Under the pieces are notes generated by a model that saw only the letters and a program-made list of their open reading frames with translations, did not search any database and was not told the origin of the DNA. From the NCBI GenBank assembly GCA_020536535.1, contig JAHLWZ010000970.1, positions 1 through 35,584 of the forward strand: a stretch of 35,584 nucleotides of DNA, in the 5' to 3' direction. Origin of the DNA: Pelomyxa schiedti. Its lineage: Eukaryota; Protista; Evosea. Positions 24,001 to 33,061 of the stretch are shown one piece after another. Numbering within the stretch: the first letter of the stretch is position 1; the number at the start of each line of letters is the position of its first letter. Both the position numbers and the translations under genes were made by a program.

Positions 24001-27000
24001 CAGAAACTTCAGTGGTACAAAGATCACGTTAGCACGATGGAGAGCTCAGTTGTCAGGTTTTCTTGGACACATCCCTCGATCGTGCTCATTTCCTACACAG
24101 ACAACTTTATCTATCCATCTTTATTGTTCTAGCAGGTAACAGAGTTATTTAATAATGGTTTTGTATGACCTTTTCCCAGTTGTTCTGGTAAATACTACAA
24201 TTACTTATGCCTTTTCCCGCTGGGCTTTGAGGTCACTCTTTAATTGTCTTTATTTTCACTGATCTTACATAAGTGGTTTTGTTTTCGCCTACAAAGAAAC
24301 CGCAGCCACTTCCAACCTTACATCGTATCACAAGCATCTTTCTTTTCCTTGTTTTTTACTCACTATAGGCTTGTACCTTACCTCAACTACCTCGTAGAAA
24401 AGCAAGCAATTGGACTGAAACATCCAGAGTACAACCATTCTACAGCCCTGGCTGAACTCAAATCCATCGGAATGGCTTTCCAAGACATTGACAAAGACCT
24501 ATGTTCCAAGCCTTCCTTTCAGTTCTTCGGTAACATACATAATTAGATATCGATTCTGCAATGGGTAATGCTGTTGATTTTGGATTATGGACTCAGAAAG
24601 TGCACAATATTTCTACCTGGGATGAAGCCACCAAGACCCGCAGTTCCCTGATAGTGAGTCTAGCCTATCTCCTTGAAGAATACAGCCGGAGAGCCGTAAA
24701 TCTGGCGGATTCCGCTGACAATCACACGGACTCAATAGTATTTGAGTCTGATCCCGATTCTCGGTTTATGCTTGTGTGTTTCCAATTGTGCTACAATGGT
24801 GTTTATTTTTATTTCAAGGATAACGGTTACTCGGTTATTAGGCCCGCTCTTGAGCAACTTACTCATGCTTACAGGGCAAGTCAACTCACCATTTTCAACA
24901 CAACTCATAGTGAACCCAGGAATCCGTACTATCTCAAGTGAAGTCTTCAAGGCTTCTACTGGCAGTGTTACTTCCAGTTACTGTAATCATTGTCTCGACT
25001 TGTGTTGGTGTTTTCTTTCTGCGCTCGATTTATTTGATTCGAAAAGTAGACAAAAAACAAACTTGCAACCACACTCATCTGATTGAAGGAACGGCTTGAA
25101 GTACTTCGACTTTTTTTGTATCTATCTAGAAGTACAGTTCAGCACATCTACGAGTCATGTACAAAAAAGAATCAAGGTTTCACCGTTTTAGAAACACTTG
25201 TCTTGGTAACGTTGCACAGGCCTAGCAACGAATGCTTCTTTTGCGTCAATTGATTCTCGGGAATCCATTACTTCAGCAGAATTATCCCAAACTCAAGTAA
25301 ATTCCATCAAGATGAAATTCGTTACGTCAGTCACTTTACGGTGGGTTTAAGACAACAATTGCAGGTTTTTTTTTTAACACTACCTTTTAGTTTCCTCATT
25401 GGTGTTGGTGTCCTCCTGATATTCATTGTGGCTATTTCCACTTTTGCTATAGCCTCTCTTCATCAATTTGAAGGACCATTAGACTTGACTAGTGCCAGGT
25501 TACAACCTCTATACCCTCTGAAAATGCTAACCACCGAAGGATTTCAGAACGCTCAACTCTCCAGAGGGTGCATACGGCTGCCGCCTCTCTTATTGGCAGA
25601 GACTTCATAACCTGGGGTGACATGGAAGGTCTTCATCATTACTTGGGTCTAGGACTGCAATCATACGACGATGCACAAAACAAGACAAGTGGTATCACAA
25701 GGACATGGCATGTAGAGCTGGCCAGTGAATCTCTTCGGAGCCTTTTATTGTACAGAAATTGCACAGATATTGCCCTATCACACTGTGAAGGTCTTGAGGT
25801 ATTTTTTCTGCAAAAACGTCTCACTTTCAAACTTTCCTTAAGGAAATTGACAATATTTTCATCTCTGCCGCTGTATCACTCAATGTACGTTGCTTTCTTT
25901 ATGTGTACATCCATTCTCATCTTTTCTCTACAGGATATTCCAGATGTTGATGCAACTGTTGGTTGTGAACAATGGCAGACCATGGACCGAGTAGATCAAC
26001 TTGGACTTTGGCCATGGCACCTTGAGCTTGAATCCTCGCTATTGGAATTGTTCCTTAACCAACTTGAGCAGTATCAAGCAATTCTAACAGCGTTGTTTGC
26101 TGCCTCTTGGCCCATAGCTGCAATTGTTTATGCTGTTCTTCACCTTCCTCTGAAGCACATACGGCAACAACATTTTCACACTCTGAGGATGTTTTTGCTC
26201 ATACCCGTCGAAGTCATAGAGAATACCCCACAAATCAAGCACTTCTTAGAGACAGGAGAGAAGATGGACGCGACGGTGCAAATGCGAAAAATGCTGAGGG
26301 ATACTCAAACCAAAACTGAAAGGCTTATTCAAGCTGCCGCTGATGCTGTCATCATTGTTGATTTCTCGAATCTCATCATTGAAACCTTTAATACTGCGGC
26401 GGAGACAATGTTCGGGTAACTCTTCGTGTGCTAGGTTTCCTGGCTAACTGTTAAAAGATGGTCATCAAGTGAAATTGTTGGTTCTCATTTGGCACGCCTG
26501 CTTTGCAAAGAATGGCTAGAATCACAGAAGGTGCCCGGTGTCTTACTTTTCCAAATATTAAGTCTATTTTACAAAAGGAACACGCCAGTGAAAAGAACAC
26601 AGAAGCTGTTGGATTCAACAAGGAGGGCATTCAATTCCCGGTTCTGATATCTAAGTCTACAGCAGCCCTTGAAAGTAAAACAGTGAGAAAAAAAATTGTA
26701 ACCCTCACAGCTACTAGGTGGTACAGTCGCAATTCTCATTGTCCGTGATGTTCGAGAAATACGGCACGTTATTTTTCCTCCCTTCTTAGAACTTATTGGG
26801 TACGGTGCTAGGGGTTACCAGGAACTCCTGGAGCAAAATGAAAACCTACTGCTGAAGATGCTACCAAAGACTATAGCACAACGGCTCAAGAATTCCATAG
26901 CTTCTGCGAAAGATAAAACTCAACCACTTCTTATTGCTGACAGCCACCCCCAAGTTTCTTTAAATTTAATTCCATGTTTGTTCAAATTCTTCCTACCCAA

Positions 27001-27773
27001 CTAGGTGTCTATCCTATTTGCCGATATTGTTAAGTTCAGTGAATGGAGTACCACAATAGATGCAGAAAAACTTGTCGAAATCTTGAATGGCATCGTGTCC
27101 GTTTGGGACCTGATAGCTCTGTCATTTAAAGTAGAAAAGATTAAAGTATGTGTGCTGACATTTTCTAGCATTATGTACGGAGTTATTCACTTAAAATCAC
27201 AGACAATTGGCGATTGTTATATGTGTGTTTGTGGGTGCCCCGAGTCAAATGACCGACACGCTCCCACACTTCTGCGTTTTGCTACTGAGATGTTGTATTC
27301 TCTGGAAGAATTCAACAAGACGAAGAAGACCGATCTACACGTAAGAATAGGCATAAACTCTGGCCCAGTTGTTGCAGGCGTGATTGGGCTATCAAAAGTT
27401 ATGTATGATATATGGGTACGCCTCCCTCTTTATCTCGCCCAATTTTAATTCCCGTCAGAGTCCTTCTGTAAATATGGCTTCGAGAATGGAAAGCAGTGGT
27501 GTTCCTGACGCCATCCAAATTACGGACAATACTGCCCGGCTACTTGGGCACGAGTTCCACTTAGAACCGCGCGGAGAGGTGGAAATCAAAGGGGGATACA
27601 AAGTGGCTGCATGGCTATACAGGCCTCCCCCCGCCAACAGCCAGAACAGACATCCCATAATAGCTGAAATAGCCCAAGCGCGCCCACACTCGGCCTCCTC
27701 TGTCTCCACACATTCCTCAGTGCACGCCTGGGGAAAGTTGCTTGGGTATGGGACTGCCAAGAAGAATAACTAG
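21012..27773 (+). CDS. Multipass membrane TmcB/TmcC-like protein with TPR-like repeats, PAS domain and class III adenylate cyclase domain
   Basis: FQFIQ|LLSFAL and many TM segments; AEKNATQIYEKLKKRFPKSSKVLRQFASFLEQ (Tmc TPR-like); PAS AADAVIIVD..FNTAAETMFG; helix NENLLLKMLPKTIAQRLK; cyclase SILFADIVKFS, VEKIK|TIGDCYM, VRIGINSGPVVAGVIG, YDIW, VNMASRMES, EVEIKG. Confidence 0.88.
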
Positions 27774-27939
27774 TTCTTGTCAGACCCACACTTTGGCGAC
27801 GGCTTTTTTGATGTGTAAACCGATGTTTTTCATCCCTTATTTAGGATGAAGAACTAAAACAAAAATGAGTGTTTTTATTTTTTGGAAAATACTTCTTTTC
27901 AAACAAAGTAGGAATATAGAAGGTGATGGCAATGCGCTC

Positions 27940-28773
27940 TCACTTTGAGAGCATCATTTTGACAAACTCCTCATAGTTGATCTGTCCATCACCGTCGACG
28001 TCAGCTTCCTTTATCATTTCGTCACATTCGGCCTCTGACAGTTTCTCACCCAGGTTGGTCATCACCTGTAAAAAGAGGGGGAAGAGTTGTTTGTTTCCTC
28101 CCTATCACAGGGAAAAAAAATTCCATACATGTCTGAGTTCTGCAGCACTAATAAAGCCGTTGTTGTCCTTGTCAAATACCTGCAGAAAAAATATGGGCAA
28201 ACGGGTATGTATTTTTGCGGCACTGACCTTAAAGGCCTCCCTTATTTCGTCTTCACTGTCTTCATCCTTCATTTTCTTTGACATCATTGAAAGGAATTCA
28301 GTAAAGTCGATTTGGTTATTGCCGTCTAATGGAAAGCGAGATTATTATTATTTCTATTATTTGAGAAACAAGGATATTACTTGCATCTACATCACGAATC
28401 ATCTGCTGCAGTTCAGCATCAGTGGGGTTTTGGCCTGTCAAGGTAGTGGTGAAAACTCACAAACAAGAAATGATGATGGGAGGGAAAAGTGAGGTTTTAG
28501 AAAAGAAATACCAAGTGATCGCATAACAGTTCCCAACTCGGCACTAGTTATGTTTCCATCACCGTCCCTATCAAACAAAGAAAATGCCTCCTTGAACTCT
28601 GCTACTTGGTCCTCAGTCAAATCCAGCTGATTCACAATTGTGGGTACCAAAACCGGGGCGGGCGAAAAAAACCGCGACGAGCAGGCAACACACTATAAAA
28701 CCGCAATACGCAACCGACAACAAAAATACGAGTTATGGGATGGAACCTTGGGTGTCTCGGCGGCGCTTGTCAT
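27940..28773 (-). CDS. CALM: Calmodulin (four EF-hands), 5 introns
   Basis: MTSAAETPK|[38 protein letters not shown]|[18 protein letters not shown]|[12 protein letters not shown]...EIREAFK|[17 protein letters not shown]|VMTNLGEKL...[21 protein letters not shown]. Confidence 0.96.
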
Positions 28774-28940
28774 CTCGGTCTTTGGTGTTTAGGTGAAAAA
28801 ATGTTTGGGAAGTTTTTTTTGGTAATGTAAAGGGTCTATTTTTTGTTTGTATAAAACAAAACTTGGTTTATTGATGGTGTGGTGTGTTTACTACAAAAGG
28901 CTTGGAGGAGTGCCCGGTACTGAAATAGGTCATAATGGAA

Positions 28941-30455
28941 TCAGGAGTTTGAGCCAGTCTTTGAAGAAGCCCCTGTGACTACAGACACATCCATCTCAGG
29001 TAAGTAGCTGTGGTCATCAGGCCCTGTTGAACCCGTGGATGCGTGACCAGTGCCTGTTGTGGATCCTGAGGCTACAGATACAGCCGGAACAACACCAGAG
29101 CCGGAGGATTCCATGCTGGAGGCAACTTCATCCAGGTATTTGTCGGCCTCGTCATCCTGGTGAACTTCTTCTTCTGATGTACCCACACATTTGGTGCACA
29201 TCCCGTGCTTGCGTAGAGTGTTGCGGTACCGCGTGCTCAGAGATGCATCAAATGTATAAAACATGCTATTGATAAACCCAAACAGAGGTGCGGTGAGTAC
29301 TTGCAGCAGAACAAGAACAAAAATCTGGAATTGACAGTTACTGCATGATTTCATTGGGGTGAGAAGCTATACTTGGTTGTCAGGATTGACCCAATTCTGG
29401 AAAGAGGAAATATTAGCAAAGGAGTTGAAAAGTGCGCAGTGTGCTACACAAATCTTAAACAAAAATAATACCTGAATACGATTTAGGATAGGGAAAATCC
29501 AAACAAGAACAAGAATAATTGGATAAGCCGCCAGACGCCGTAAAATAGGAATACCTGGCTTCTTTGATGTGGTAGACACCAAATCAGATAGTGTTGCATT
29601 GGAAAAAATACTCCGAGCTGAGTGAAACACCAGAGCATACAGAACAATTACTATCACGATGTCGAGGAAAAGTGGCACATAGAAGGCAATAAGGCGCCAA
29701 ATAAATCCAGTTGATGTTGATGTGATCCAACACCTGTTGGAAAATATTATTATCTCATAAAAACAAAGGGAACTAGAATCAAATTACCATACTCCAGAAG
29801 CGCCATAATCCCTTTGCGAGATTAGTGGGTGATAAGTAAAGGAAAGTGATACCCAGTTGTGGCTGGTAAAATTGTATAAATGGTAGCTAAGCTGAGCACA
29901 ATGCAAATAGTTATGATTTCATATTTTCGCTTGGGTCTTTTATGTAAAAAAAGACCTAAGAAGAGGTGCACAGCAATTGCTACAATCCAGCAGAATTCTG
30001 ACTACTTGTGCATTAATATTTTTATGGGGAAAAAGAAACATATATCAGCATTAAAAATAAGTAAGTAGTTTCACCTGTTGTGCAAACTGCATTATCACGC
30101 CCTGGGCTTTGCACAGAGGATCAGTAACAGGATAAATTCCAATTCCTCAAATTTAAGTGAACAAACCATCCAATTACATGTCGACGTAGTTTCGACAAAA
30201 AAAAAAGTTTGTTGCATTCCACCAACCTGTGCTGAACACATTCGCGAGAGACTCCAAAAAAGAACTTGCCATTAGGTATAGAACCAGTCTCGAAGACATT
30301 CCCCTGAAGAGCCTGAAGTAAAACGAACTGAACAGCACAAAAAGTGTCCCGAACATCGTGAAGAACGACAGGGTCACGCGTATCGTCAACAAAACTTTCC
30401 TCTCAGTCTCGCTCAGGTCATCGTCAGACGACGATGACGACGAAAAGCTCGACAT
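28941..30455 (-). CDS. 7TM G-protein-coupled receptor, cAMP-receptor-like (CAR/Crl/GCR1) family, multi-exon
   Basis: TM1 TLSFFTMFGTLFVLFSSF; SRLVLYL; CWI motif; FYVPLF (TM5); RRLAAYPIILVLVWIFPILNRI (TM6); LTAPLFGFINSMFY (TM7); Ser-rich C-tail. Confidence 0.9.
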
Positions 30456-30566
30456 GGCTCACCGCCTCCCGTCGTTTTTTTTTATTTTTTTTTGTTTTAT
30501 TTTTTTTACCAGAAGCAAAAAAAGACGACACGAAAGGTGCTGGCCTTACATGGAGGCATACACCCC

Positions 30567-30995
30567 TCAGTCGTCGTAGAGCGTGAGGAGCTTATGGGAC
30601 ACGGCGTGGGTGGGGCAGGCCTTCTCCACGTCGACGAGGGCGTCCCACGACGCGGAGCCCAGTGGGACGAGCACGCCGCGGATGGGGGCCACGACCGTCT
30701 CGGGGCCCTCCTCGCGCTGCTGGAACACATCCGGGGCCCACGCGGCGCACAGCCCGCAGGCGCTGCACGCCGCGGCATCCAGCAGCGCCTCGGCCGCTGC
30801 GCGGGGCCGCTTGCTCTCGCCTGGACCCGCTCCGGGGGAGGCGGCGGGGGCGCGTGGTGCCTGCTGGGAGGGCGACGGGGTAGACGAGGTGCTTGTGGCG
30901 GACGCTCGCCGGAGGCACAGTGGAAACGGATTGTGGGATGGCAGCGGGGACATAGTGCTGGTGCTCCAGAGGGCCGCAGACATTGACGTAGTCAT
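30567..30995 (-). CDS. fdx: Monocluster [3Fe-4S]/[4Fe-4S] ferredoxin (prokaryote-type) with an N-terminal extension, intronless
   Basis: LLDAAACSACGLCAAWAPDVF (CxxCxxC...AP.VF) and VEKACPTHAV (CP). The listed ORF start at 31049 is TTG; first ATGs are at 30995 and 30983. Confidence 0.85.
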   Translation of the reverse strand: MTTSMSAALWSTSTMSPLPSHNPFPLCLRRASATSTSSTPSPSQQAPRAPAASPGAGPGESKRPRAAAEALLDAAACSACGLCAAWAPDVFQQREEGPETVVAPIRGVLVPLGSASWDALVDVEKACPTHAVSHKLLTLYDD

Positions 30996-31147
30996 TTCGC
31001 CAGTGGTGCCCAATTGGGTCTGTCGCGCCGAGCCAATTGGAATATTCAAAAACGCTGAACCCAGACGATATCAAATATCAAATTATTATAAACCAGAAAG
31101 AAACAAGCCAAGGCAAGCTACACTAACCGCGTAATTTGTGACTAGTG

Positions 31148-31908
31148 ATGAAGTCGGAATCGGTGGACAACCTCGTCGACCGTAGCAATGTGGAATGCTA
31201 CAACGGTTAGCGACGCTCTTTCTTTGTTGGTTTTTCTTTTAAAAGAGAAGTCAGTGCCTCACACCACTGTTCTTTTTTTTTTTTTTTCCCAGAGGACGGT
31301 ACCTTCCGCGTTGGTAACGTTCTGGATAAATCGGACACATATTTGCAATCTGATGTGGGTCACGAACTGTTGATTCATATTCCTTTCTCTGTGCATGTGA
31401 GATTGAACTCGGTAACACTCACTTGCTTCCCTGATGGTATGAACACACGTGATATGCTTATGGGAGAAATCTCACATTCTTCAAGAGACTTGCCCCAACG
31501 AAATCAAAATATTCACCGAGCGTCCAATGATGACAATTGACGAAGCACAGGTGGCCAAGCCTGTACAAGCCGTCTCTATCGACGGTGCCCAGTATGCATC
31601 ATTATCCCTCAATTAGTTCTTACCAACACAATCAAGAGCTGGAAGTGGGTTCGTATTACCTCTGAAGCCAGTCTTGTTCCAGAATGTTTCAACTTTTAGT
31701 GTAGGCTGCTTAAATATTCTCAAATTTTTCTGATTTGAAAATCAAGGTTTACATTGCTTCGAACCATGGAGGGGACAAAACCAGAATCAAGTCAATCTCG
31801 TTTTGCGGTGCTGCTAGAGGGGCACTCAACATGGCTGACTTCAAGAGGACTGGGTAAGTTCACCATTCCTTATCTTTCGTGTTCCTTACCATTCATTCAT
31901 ACAGATGA
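31148..31908 (+). CDS. PITH-domain protein (proteasome-interacting thioredoxin domain), stand-alone, 5 introns
   Basis: Spliced product MKSESVDNLVDRSNVECYN|EDGTFRVGNVLDKSDTYLQSDVGHELLIHIPFSVHVRLNSVTL...|ETCPNEIKIF...PVQ...|LKPVLFQNVSTFS|VYIASNHGGDKTRIKSISFCG...NMADFKRTG*. Not recovered in this frame by the ORF track. Confidence 0.88.
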
Positions 31909-31933
31909 GGCAGTTGCAACTAGAGCCTCACCC

Positions 31934-32156
31934 GCTGTTTGCATGCCGTCCCTTTTGGGTTTGCTCTTTTCTCTCTGACGGCTTACGCTTCCGTGAGTTG
32001 TAATTGAAAAACCGGCCGTGGAAAGTTACTGCTCTGTGCAATGATGTGTACTTGCGAAAACACTCCGTGGTTGCATCTACACTGACGTAATCACAAGCAG
32101 GCGTCCTCAGAATTCTGAGGCTTCCACAATACCCAAACGCCCGAATGCAAACAGCC
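31934..32156 (+). ncRNA. Candidate structured RNA or 3'UTR element of unknown class
   Basis: 11-bp perfect closing stem (31934-31944 / 32145-32155), nested 7-bp stem (31954-31960 / 32131-32137), and internal hairpins including a G.U-rich stem capped by GCGA. No Rfam-type signature recognised with confidence. Confidence 0.3.
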
Positions 32157-32291
32157 CCTTTGTTGGTCAACATCCCCCTCTCCTCATCAAGCTTTCAGCA
32201 CCAACACAAACAAAGTTCAAAAAAAATTTCGCCGTAGTTGCTCTCTTCTTTCTTTTTTTTTTCCCTTTTGTAATTGGCAGGGGAAATCTGA

Positions 32292-32296
32292 CCAAT
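32292..32296 (+). promoter_or_regulatory. CCAAT box upstream of histone H4
   Basis: gaCCAATag ~120 nt upstream of the H4 ATG; short motif, could be chance. Confidence 0.3.
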
Positions 32297-32412
32297 AGGA
32301 GAGCAGTTACTGATTATTTTAAAGAAGCAACGGAGAATTATTTCATTTATACAAAAAAAACAAAGCCACAAACAATCCACATCAAACAAGCGAGCGACAC
32401 TACGTAAAAAAA

Positions 32413-32842
32413 ATGTCTGCAGGCAGAGGCAAAGGAGGAAAGGGACTGCCAATGGGAGGCAAGGGTGGCAAGGGAGCCAAGAGACACCGCAAGATCTTGA
32501 GGGACAACATCCTTGGCATCACAAAACCCGCTATAAGGAGGCTGGCGCGCAGAGGCGGCGTGAAGCGTATTTCCGGCCTGATCTACGAGGAGACAAGAGG
32601 CGTGCTCAAGATCTTCCTCGACAACGTCATAAGAGACGCCGTAACGTAAGTTCTTGTTTTCGTGTTTATTTCTTTTTTTCTTCCGTTCCCTCTTCTGGCG
32701 TTTATTTGTTGTGCTTCGCGTCTACACCACTAACCTATTTTGCAGCTATACAGAACACGCCAAAAGAAAAACAGTCACTGCGATGGACGTGGTCTACGCC
32801 CTCAAGAGGCAAGGAAGAACCCTCTACGGCTTTGGTGCCTAA
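32413..32842 (+). CDS. H4: Histone H4 with a divergent N-terminal tail and one 100-nt intron (32646-32745)
   Basis: [56 protein letters not shown]|[31 protein letters not shown]. Intron GTAAGT...CACTAAC...GCAG. Confidence 0.97.
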
Positions 32843-33061
32843 GTTTTGACCCACTTGTCCCACCATACAAGCAAACGACATTTTCCCCCAGTGTGTAATT
32901 TTGATTTGTGGAAGAACAAAAAATAAACAGTGTTTTCAACACCATTTTTCTTTCCTTTATTTCATTCATTTCCTCTTCTTCCTCATGCTGTGACACAAAG
33001 AGGTAGAGCTTTTACTTTGTGGTTTTTTTTTTTTTTTTTTTTAAGAAGGCCTAGGAGGTGA

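Noticed and set aside
28371-28380. Calmodulin intron donor GTAATATCCTT resembling a U12-type site
   Set aside because: It does not match RTATCCTT at +1, and no U12 branch site is evident; treated as U2-type. No AT-AC introns were found.
30567-30995. High GC content as proof of recent horizontal transfer of the ferredoxin
   Set aside because: Most genes here have GC/CpG-rich 5' ends and this short gene lies wholly in that zone, so composition alone is not evidence; only phylogeny can decide.
30492-31134. Four additional long ORFs overlapping the ferredoxin
   Set aside because: Expected in ~70% GC sequence where stops are rare; only one frame carries a coherent motif (CxxCxxC...CP).
32041-32118. 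C/D-box snoRNA reading (ATGATG ... CTGA ... CTGA)
   Set aside because: Box C is imperfect, there is no C' box or terminal stem, and I could not match either guide to an rRNA segment.
31934-32155. MITE interpretation (11-bp TIR flanked by CCC on both sides)
   Set aside because: CCC is not a typical target-site duplication, the TIR matches no superfamily I recognise, and there is no second copy in the window; kept only as an alternative pending a genome-wide search.
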